A stretch of DNA of 21,353 bases from Macrostomum lignano (lineage: Eukaryota), in assembly GCA_002269645.1 (NCBI GenBank), contig NIVC01002337.1, positions 1 to 21,353 of the forward strand, read 5' to 3'. Below, piece after piece: positions 1-9,600 of this stretch (position 1 is its first letter; the number at the start of each line of letters is the position of its first letter). A program made the translations under genes and the position numbers. Under the pieces are notes generated by a model. That model made no database searches and was not told where the DNA came from. It was given only the letters and a program-made list of their open reading frames with translations.

Positions 1-21
1 AGTCTGTGGCGTGTCTGTCGA

Positions 22-852
22 GGGAGTCACTGACTTGAGTGTCAGGGGAGTCACTGATTTGGGTGTCAGGGGGAGTCACTGATTTGGGTGTCAGGGGGAG
101 TCACTGACTTGAGTGTCAGGGGGAGTCACTGATTTGGGTGTCAGGGGGAGTCACTGATTTGGGTGTCAGGGAGTCACTGATTTGGGTGTCAGGGGAGTCA
201 CTGATTTGGGTGTCAGGGGGTCACTGATTTGGGTGTCAGGGGGAGTCACTGATTTGGGTGTCAGAGGGAGTCACTGATTTGGTGTCAGGGGGAGTCACTG
301 AGTTGGGTGTCAGGGGGAGTCACTGATTTGGGTGTCAGAGGGAGTCACTGATTTGGGCGTCAGGGGGAGTCACTGAGTTGGGTGTCAGGGGGGAGTCACT
401 GATTTGGGTGTCAGGGGGAGTCACTGATTTGGGTGTCAGGGGGGAGTCACTGATTTGGGTGTCAGGGGGGGAGTCACTGAGTTGGGTTCAGGGGGGAGTC
501 ACTGATTTGGGTGTCAGGGGGGAGTCACTGATTTGGGTGTCACGGGGGAGTCACTGATTTGGGTGTCAGGGGGGGAGTCACTGAGTTGGGTGTCAGGGGG
601 GAGTCACTGATTTGGGTGTCAGGGGGGAGTCACTGATTTGGGTGTCACGGGGGAGTCACTCAGTTAGGTGTCAGGGGGGAGTCACTGATTTGGGTGTCAG
701 GGGGGAGTCACTGAGTTGGGTGTCAGGGGGAGTCACTGATTTGGGTGTCAGGGGGAGTCACTGAGTTGGGTGTCAGGGGGAGTCACTGATTTGGGTGTCA
801 GGGGGGAGTCACTGATTTGGGTGTCAGGGGGAGTCACTGATTTGGGTGTCAG
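22..852. repeat. Minisatellite, ~26-29 bp unit (GGGGGAGTCACTGATTTGGGTGTCA, variable G-run), roughly 30 copies
   Basis: Unit read directly. Variation is mainly G-run length and GATTT/GAGTT. Confidence 0.97.
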
Positions 853-941
853 TCGCATCGAATATTCGTAAATGACTCATTAGTTAATCTCCGAGTCCAG
901 GTCAACAAATGCGCGGAAGCAAAGCTCCGATCTTCTGCCAG

Positions 942-1302
942 TCACCACCTGGTGAACTCGTCACCGTGCAGCAGCTCGTGGCTTCTTCTGTAGGTCAGCA
1001 TCCTCTCCTCCATCGGCGCGGATCGACCGCCGCCTCCGCCATTAGAAACGACTGGTCTGCCCCCGCTGCCGCCGCCGCTGCCGCCGCCGCTGCCGCCTCC
1101 GCCAGCCAGCAGGCGACTCCGAGCGTAGCTGTCGAACAGGCTGGCCGGCACCAGGCGTGTCTCCGAGTCGCCGGCGCCGCCGACTTTCACCATCCGGGAC
1201 ACCAGCTGGAGCCAGCGGCGCCGGATCCGGTGTGCCCGGTAGGACCGCTGAATCTTCACGGCAGCGGCCTCCAGCTCGTGGGTTCGGCGGCGGCCGGCCT
1301 TT
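942..1302 (-). CDS. Exon of an unidentified IQ-motif (calmodulin-binding) protein
   Basis: Branch-like CTGAC and acceptor CACCGCAG| at 1303. Translation: KAGRRRTHELEAAAVKIQRSYRAHRIRRRWLQLVSRM, a canonical IQxxxRxxxxR motif, then a Gly/Ser linker and MEERMLTYRRSHELLHGDEFTRW*. The 3' end is uncertain: stop TGA at 944-942, or a donor AG|GTGGTG after 949. Confidence 0.7.
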
Positions 1303-1323
1303 CTGCGGTGGTCAGAGGCGGGA

Positions 1324-2300
1324 GGGTGTCTTTATGGGGTGTCTTTATGGGGTGTCTTTTTGGGGGTGTCTTATGGGGGTGTCTTTATGGGGTGTCTTTA
1401 TGGGGTGTCTTTTTGGGATGTCTTTATGGGGTGTCTTTATGGGGTGTCTTTATGGGGTGTCTTTTTGGGGGTGTCTTTTTGGGGTGTCTTTATGGGATGT
1501 CTTTATGGGGTGTCTTTGGGGTGTCTTTTTGGGGGTGTCTTTATGGGCTGTCTTTATGGGGTGTCTTTATGGGGGTGTCTTCATCGGGGTGTCTTTATGG
1601 GGTGTCTTTATCGGGGTGTCTGGGTGTCTTTATGGGGTGTCTTTATGGGGTGTCTTTATGGGGGTGTCTTTATGGGGTGTCTTTATGGGGTGTCTTTATG
1701 GGGGTGTCTTTATGGGGGTGTCTATATGGGGTGTCTTTATAGGGTGTCTTTATGGGGTGTCTTTTTGGGGTGTCTTTATGGGGTGTCTCTTTGGGGGTGT
1801 CTTTTTGGGGGTGTCTTTATGGGGCTGTCTTTATGGGGTGTCTTTATGGGGGTGTCTTCATCGGGGTGTCTTCATGGGGGTGTCTTTATGGGGTGTCTGG
1901 GGTGTCTTTATGGGGTGTCTTTATGGGGGTGTCTTTATGGGGGTGTCTTTATGGGGTGTCTTTATGGGGGTGTCTTTATGGGGTGTCTTTATGGGGGTGT
2001 CTATATGGGGTGTCTTTATAGGGTGTCTTTTTGGGGGTGTCTTTATGGGGCTGTCTTTATGGGGGTGTCTTTATGGGGGTGTCTTCATCGGGGTGTCTTT
2101 TTGGGGGTGTCTTTATGGGGCTGTCTTTATGGGGTGTCTTTATGGGGTGTCTTCATCGGGGTGTCTTTATGGGGTGTCTTCATGGGGGTGTCTTTATCGG
2201 GGGTGTCTGGGGTGTCTTTATGGGGTGTCTTTATGGGGTGTCTTTATGGGGGTGTCTTTATGGGGTGTCTTTATGGGGGTGTCTTTATGGGAGTGTCTTT
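1324..2300. repeat. Minisatellite, 13-14 bp unit (GGGGTGTCTTTAT), intronic in the IQ gene
   Basis: Unit read directly. It generates the spurious GVSLW/GCLY ORFs. Confidence 0.97.
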
Positions 2301-2406
2301 TTTGTTATGTCCTGATGGGTTTCTTTATTTGGGTATTTCTATGAAAAAAAGTCGCTTGGCTGGGGGCACTCTGGCGCAACGCCTTCGGCGGCATCGTCCC
2401 ACAACC

Positions 2407-2670
2407 AGCGCTGACGGCGGTTCTGCCCGTTCCGCTGACCCCTGAGCACACTGCACAAGCGCGCAAATACTGTACGCAGGCACAGCACTCACACACGCTC
2501 ACACAGGTGTACAGCAGCCCTGACTTTCTAAGCGTCAGGCACGTACTCTCTCTGTGCCTTGGGGTTGCTCGTGGCTGCAAATCGCACGACAACCCCTCCC
2601 CCAGCCAATTTTCGAGCCGGGGGTTGCGGCGCCTGCGACAGTCAGCCGCGTTCACCGCTTTATGCAGAGG
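2407..2670 (-). mobile_element. SINE-like dispersed element, copy 1 (internal deletion removes the B box)
   Basis: Collinear similarity to 20432-20727. Shared blocks (minus strand): GTGAACGCG.CTGACT, GAAAATTGGCT, CCTGACG.TTAGA.AGTCAGGGCTGCTGTA, CTGTGCCTGCGTACAGT, ATTTGCGCGCTTG, GCTCAGG.GTCAGCGGAA..GGCAGA.CCGCC. Confidence 0.65.
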
Positions 2671-2690
2671 CATCGAGAGAAGTCCCTCAC

Positions 2691-2939
2691 CCTCAGGTCG
2701 TTGCCAACCAGGTAGGCCCGCACGGTGCCAGTTTCAACCGCGGCCGCGGCGGCAGTGGGTGCCGTCTCCTGGTAGATCTCCTGCAGCCGGTCCTCGCTGT
2801 TGACCGTGTCGGCCACCTGCAGCTTGAAGCCGTCCAGATACTCCGCGTACTCGCGCAGCCCGGCAGCCTCCGACTCGCACATGCCGGCCAGGCGGTCCCG
2901 GTCGAACTGACCAGTTCGACCAGTTCGACCAGTTGCCAT
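2691..2939 (-). CDS. Probable first coding exon of the IQ-motif gene
   Basis: ATG in CACCATGG context at 2939. Protein-like MATGRTGRTGQFDRDRLAGMCESEAAGLREYAEYLDGFKLQVADTVNSEDRLQEIYQE...AYLVGNDLR with GC-rich codons and donor AGG|GTGAGG at 2690. Family not recognised. Confidence 0.65.
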
Positions 2940-3498
2940 GGTGATTCGATAGCAAGCTGCTCACTTGATGCTTAGCTGACGGTTCAGTTTTGCTCAAAGT
3001 TTTCACCTTTCCACTGCCGATCTCTGTCCAACCGTCCGCTTCTGTATAAAAAATGAGGCGAGAAAGAGAGAGAAAGAGAGAAGGTCTTTAACTCTCCGCC
3101 CATGACGGTCCATTGTGAGCAAAGCGCTAGCTTCTCCAGCATCTTAAATTTTGATGAAGACGGCATTGTACTCAAAACGTAGTTCGTCCCCGCTTCATTT
3201 CCAGTCTCTCTCTGAGCCGTCCAGTCTTATTTAAGAACAGTGGAAATTAAATTTTGTACAGCTATACTAATAAATTAATTTATTCATAGGCAAACTACAC
3301 TACTGACGCAAACAAAAGAGTAGAAGTGAGCGTGTTTTATTTATTTAATCTGCTGCGACTAGCTAGCCAATCAGAGCCGAGGGCGAATTATTTCGCAGGA
3401 ATGCAGGTAAAAATCGGTAAAAAAGCGGCGAATCTCCGGATCAGCCAGCAGTTTGACGAAAATCTCTGGCACTGTTTACAGAAAGATTGGAGTAAGCA
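2940..3498. promoter_or_regulatory. Short divergent (bidirectional) promoter / 5' UTR region between the IQ gene and TH
   Basis: Two ATGs diverge 559 bp apart. AT-rich core about 3230-3350, CCAAT at 3367-3371, CRE-like TGACGCAA at 3304-3311. Motif function is unproven. Confidence 0.5.
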
Positions 3499-3612
3499 AT
3501 GGACAAGCCGAGTTCCAGTACCGCCGGCCCTGGCGACAAGCACGACAGCAACAACAGCCTGGAGTCCAAGCGGCGACTTCGCTATCAAAAGAGCTACAGT
3601 GTTGAGATTCAG
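3499..3612 (+). CDS. TH: TH exon 1
   Basis: MDKPSS...[14 protein letters not shown], compare invertebrate TH KKSYSIE. Donor CAG|GTTCGA is weak; chosen for phase and spacing to RRxSL. Confidence 0.75.
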
Positions 3613-6600
3613 GTTCGACATCGATGCCTTCGATTGCTGAAGTGCTTAGTGGGCTTAAGAGAATCGGTTTCCACTCCAGGTATCCAATAAACTACTCCTG
3701 CAGGTATCCCATAAACTACTCCAGGTATCCCATATACTACTCCAGGTATCCCATAAACTACTCCAGGTATCCCATATACTACTCCAGGTATCCTATAAGC
3801 TACTCCAGGTATCCCATAAACTGCTCCAGGTTTATAAACGACTTCAGGTTATCCTATAAACTACACATCGCAATGCCATAATGAAGCAAAATTTAGTCAC
3901 TAATAATGAATAACAATTCTAGAAGCACGACGAACGCCGAGACAGTCTGATCGCTGACGCTTACAAGGAGGCTCGCATCAACGAGGAGGTGGCCCGCAGC
4001 CTCGAGCAGGACGAGCAGGAGGCCTCGATGCTGCTCAGAATGAAGCGATACGCCACTGTTGTCAAGATTGCCAGACAGACCGGCTACAGCGTCTCCATGA
4101 CGGTGCGGGAGCTGCTGAGGCAGACTGAGGTGAGTTCGAGGATCGGTGAGATATGAAAATGCATTGGATCCAATGTCATGGATCTCATAGTTCTCATAGC
4201 CAAATCTCACGGATCTCATGACCAAATCTCACAGATCTCATGGCTATAATCTGACGGATCTCACGATCAAATATCATGGCTTTCATGGACCAAATCTCAT
4301 AGATCAGATCTCAAAAATATCTCACGAACCAGATCTCATGGATAAGATCTCATAGATAAGATCTAGTGTATAAGATCTCATAGACCAGATCTCATAGACC
4401 AGATCTCATAGACCAGATCTCATAGACCAGATCTCATAGACCAGATCTCATAGACCAGATCTCATAGACCAGATCTCATAGACCAGATCTCATAGACCAG
4501 ATCTCATAGACCAGATCTCATAGACCAGATCTCATAGACCAGATCTCATAGACCAGATCTTATAGACCAGATCTCATAGACCAGATCTCATAGACCAGAT
4601 CTCATAGACCAGATCTCATAGACCAGATCTCATAGACCAGATCTCATAGACCAGATCTCATAGACCAGATCTCATAGACCAGATCTCATAGACCAGATCT
4701 CATAGACCAGATCTCATAGACCAGATCTCATAGACCAGATCTCATAGACCAGATCTCATAGACCAGATCTCATAGACCAGATCTCATAGACCAGATCTCA
4801 TAGACCAGATCTCATAGACCAGATCTCATAAACCAGATATCATGGACCAACCGCTGTCGTGACGAGCAGCATCTATTTTTAGTCGACTGCATTATCCGCC
4901 AGCTTCTATTCTTCCAGCAACATCACCTTCTGACGGCTCAATCAATATCTCAATTCTTTGGTCTGGTGAAAAAGCAGCATTGAAATTGAGAGTTCGGCAT
5001 TGAAGCCGCGGCCGGTTTGAGCAGAAAAGGAAGGTCCAACAGCAAGGGGAAACACGGGTCTCAAGAAATCCTGATTTGAAGCGGATGAAGTCCGCGGTTG
5101 CTGGGGACAATGCGGGGCTCTGATAGCGGCAGTATAAATAACTGCAGTCACTGGGACAGCAGGAAGTTTGCACACGGGTCCGGGGTCGGCGCGGGAGAAG
5201 GCAGAAGCCCAAGAGTTAGAGTTGTGGGAGGCGGGAATGAGTAGGCAGGGGGGAGGGTCCTCAGCCCGTCTCTGGTGGCCCGGAAACCGGCCGGGCTGCT
5301 GTAGAATGGCCGTCCAGAGTGGGGGGCTGTTTCTTAGAAAATCGATGCACGCAATCAGAGAACAACCCCTCCCCCCTGCCTGCCCGCGAACACCTGACCC
5401 CAGCTGCAATCAGTGGAGCTGGTGCACCTGGAGTGTCGCAGCGCCGGTTCCACTGTGGACATCCTGCTGGTCACCAAGTGCGCCGAGGCCAGCTACGATG
5501 CACTGGTGCGGGAGCTGTCAGGCCTGCCTCAGGTTGCCTCCGTGCTGCAGGAGAATAAGGACTCGGCCAAACCCGGTGAGCTGATTGCCGTCCTGCTCAG
5601 TTCCCTGAGTGCCACTTGCCTCCCATTGTCTCAGTTCCCTGAGTGCCACTTGCCTCCCATTGTCTCAGTTGCCTGAGTGCCACCTCCCTCCCATTGTCTC
5701 AGTTGCCTGAGTGCCACCTCCCTCCCATTGTCTCAGTTCCCTGAGTGCCACCTCCCTCCCATTGTCTCAGTTCCCTAAGTGCCACTTCCCTCCCATTGTC
5801 TCAGTTCCCTAAGTGCCACTTCCCTCCCATTGTCTCAGTTGCCTGAGTGCCACTTGCCTCCCATTGTCTCAGTTCCCTGAGTGCCACTTGCCTCCCATTG
5901 TCTCAGTTGCCTGAGTGCCACCTCCCTCCCATTGTCTCAGTTGCCTGAGTGCCACTTGCCTCCCATTGTCTCAGTTGCCTGAGTGCCACCTCCCTCCCAT
6001 TGTCTCAGTTGCCTGAGTGCCACCTCCCTCCCATTGTCTCAGTTCCCTGAGTGCTACCTCCCTCCCATTGTCTCAGTTCCCTGAGTGCCACTTCCCTCCC
6101 ATTGTCTCAGTTCCCTGAGTGCCACTTGCCTCCCATTGTCTCAGTTGCCTGAGTGCCACTTGCCTCCCATTGTCTCAGTTCCCTGAGTGCCACTTGCCTC
6201 CCATTGTCTCAGTTGCCTGAGTGCCACCTCCCTCCCATTGTCTCAGTTGCCTGAGTGCCACCTCCCTCCCATTGTCTCAGTTCCCTGAGTGCCACCTCCC
6301 TCCCATTGTCTCAGTTGCCTGAGTGCCACCTCCCTCCCATTGTCTCAGTTCCCTGAGTGCTACCTCCCTCCCATTGTCTCAGTTCCCTGAGTGCCACTTC
6401 CCTCCCATTGTCTCAGTTCCCTAAGTGCCACTTGCCTCCCATTGTCTCAGTTGCCTGAGTGCCACTTGCCTCCCATTGTCTCAGTTCCCTGAGTGCCACT
6501 TGCCTCCCATTGTCTCAGTTGCCTGAGTGCCACTTGCCTCCCATTGTCTCAGTTGCCTGAGTGCCACCTCCCTCCCATTGTCTCAGTTCCCTGAGTGCCA

Positions 6601-9600
6601 CCTCCCTCCCATTGTCTCAGTTCCCTAAGTGCCACTTCCCTCCCATTGTCTCAGTTCCCTAAGTGCCACTTCCCTCCCATTGTCTCAGTTCCCTAAGTGC
6701 CACTTGCCTCCCATTGTCTCAGTTGCCTGAGTGCCACTTGCCTCCCATTGTCTCAGTTGCCTGAGTGCCACTTGCCTCCCATTGTCTCAGTTCCCTGAGT
6801 GCCACTTGCCTCCCATTGTCTCAGTTGCCTGAGTGCCACTTGCCTCCCATTGTCTCAGTTGCCTGAGTGCCACTTGCCTCCCATTGTCTCAGTTGCCTGA
6901 GTGCCACCTCCCTCCCATTGTCTCAGTTGCCTGAGTGCCACCTCCCTCCCATTGTCTCAGTTCCCTGAGTGCCACCTCCCTCCCATTGTCTCAGTTCCCT
7001 GAGTGCCACCTCCCTCCCATTGTCTCAGTTCCCTGAGTGCCACCTCCCTCCCATTGTCTCAGTTCCCTAAGTGCCACTTCCCTCCCATTGTCTCAGTTCC
7101 CTAAGTGCCACTTGCCTCTCATTGTCTCAGTTCCCTGAGTGCCACTTCCCTCCCATTGTCTCAGTTGCCTGAGTGCCACTTGCCTCTCATTGTCTCAGTT
7201 GCCTGAGTGCCACTTGCCTCCCATTGTCTCAGTTCCCTGAGTGCCACTTGCCTCCCTTTGTCTCAGTTCCCTGAGTGCCACCTCCCTCCAATTATCTCAG
7301 TTCCCCAGAATCCTACATCCTCAGAGACTTCATCATAGCAATGTTTCACCTAAAATTTTTCCATTGAAAACTCCTTCAGACCTGTGGTTCCCGAGGCACA
7401 TCTCCGAGTTAGATGAGTGCACGCACCTGCTGCTCAAGTTCCAACCGGAACTGGCCACCGACCATCCGGTAAGTAAAATGAGTCATTTTTTCTATTGATT
7501 TGCATAGTGCCAACTGTTTAAACAATGTCCCAAAATATGCAAACAGGGGTTCCACGACCAGGAGTACAGGAGGAGACGCTCGGAAGTTGTTGAAATCGCC
7601 TTTAACTACCGATAGTAAGGACCTCTGCCGTGCTCAATAGGGGTTCTTGAATGTTGCTGCTTTATTGAGTGTATCGTAAAATTAAAATTTTCACTTTGCT
7701 ACTATATATTGATTTCAGCGGCGACCCGATTCCGAGGGTTCAGTACACTGACATCGAGGTGGAAACGTGGTATGCTTGAGGCAGTTTGCTAGTGGGTTCG
7801 ATAGTCATCATTTTCCTCACTGGTCACTCTCCTTTTCGGGTCTTAAGACTGGTCACTCTCCTTTTCGGGTCTTAAGGCTGGTCACTCTCCTTTTTGGGTC
7901 TTAAGGCTGGTCACTCTCCTTTTCGGGTCTTAAGGCTGGTCACTCTCCTTTTCGGGTCTTAAGGCTGGTCACTCTCCTTTTCGGGTCTAAGGCTGGTCAC
8001 TCTCCTTTTCGGGTCTAAGGCTGGTCACTCTCCTTTTCGGGTCTTAAGACTGGTCACTCTCCTTTTCGGGTCTTAAGGCTGGTCACTCTCTTTTTCGGGT
8101 CTTAAGGCTGGTCACTCTCCTTTTCGGGTCTTAAGGCTGGTCACTCTCCTTTTCGGGTCTTAAGACTGGTCACTCTCCTTTTCGGGTCTTAAGGCTGGTC
8201 ACTCTCTTTTTCGGGTCTTAAGGCTGGTCACTCTCCTTTTCGGGTCTAAGGCTGGTCACTCTCCTCAGATGCAAGCACTAGCTGTAATCATTAAAAAGCC
8301 AACCCTAACGCAGGCGGGCCGCCTACACCACGCTGAAGGCTCTCTACGCAACCCACGCGTGCAAAGAGCACCTGGATGGAATCGCTCGATTAGAGGCCGA
8401 ATGCGGCTACGGCCCGGATGCCATCCCGCAGCTGGAGGACATCTCCAGGTACCTGAAGAGTAAGTACTCACTAGTGATAATGCGCGCAACCCTTTGGTCT
8501 TTATCCTACTCGTATATACTAAAAATGATGCTTTTCAAATGCTCTGCAAATCACACAGAGCAGACCGGCTTCTCATTGAGGCCAGTGGCTGGGCTACTAT
8601 CCGCGCGAGACTTTTTAGCCAGCCTGGCTTTTCGCGTGTTCCAGTGTACGCAGTACATTCGGCACCATTCAAAGCCGCTGCACACACCGGAGCCGTGAGT
8701 TTATGTACATTTGTTGGAAGAGAGGCGAGGAAGGAGGGTTGGTGTAAATTTGGGCGGAGAGGCGATGAAGGAGGGTTAAAAGTGTACATTTGGAGGGAGA
8801 GTCGAGGAAGGAGGGTTAGTGTACATTTGGGGAAGAGGTGAGGAAGGAAGGTTAGTGTACATTTGGGGGGAGAGGCGAGGAAGGAGGGTTAGTGTACATT
8901 TGGGGAAGAGGTGAGGAAGGAAGGTTAGTGTACATTTGGGGGGAGAGTCGAGGAAGGAGGGTTAGTGTACATTTGGGGAAGAGGTGAGGAAGGAAGGAGA
9001 GGAAGGAAGGAAGGTTAGGAAGGAAGGAGGAAGGAAGGAGAGGTGAGGAAGGAAGGTTAGTGTACATTTGGGGGGAGAGGCGAGGAAGGAGGGTTAGTGT
9101 ACATTTGGGGAAGAGGTGAGGAAGGAAAGTTGTGTACATTTGGGGAAGAATGAGAAGGAAAGTTAGTGTGCATTTGGGGGGAGAGGCGAGGAAGGAAGGT
9201 TAGTGTACATTTTGGGGAAGAGGTGAGGAAGGAAGGTTGTGTACATTTGGGGGAGAGGTGAGGAAGGAGGGTTAGTGTACATTTGGGGAAGAATGAGAAG
9301 GAAAGTTAGTGTGCATTTGGGGGGAGAGGCGAGGAAGGAAGGTTAGTGTACATTTTGGGGGGAGAGGCGAGGAAGGAGGGTTAGTGTACATTTGGGGAAG
9401 AATGAGAAGGAAGGTTAGTGTACATTTGGGGGGGGAGGTGAGGAAGGAGGGTTAGTGTGCAGTGTACATTGATTCTCAGACATTACAGACTGCAGTTTGT
9501 TTTTAATCTGATAGAAACTCATTATTTCTAGGGACTGCATCCACGAGATCATTGGGCACATGCCGATGCTCACCAACATGGGATTCGCCGATTTCTCCCA

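Noticed and set aside
909-2445. Long plus-strand ORFs of 277-395 aa (GVSLW/GCLY repeats)
   Set aside because: Translations of the 13-bp array and the antisense of the IQ exon. Open in several frames with no splice or domain support.
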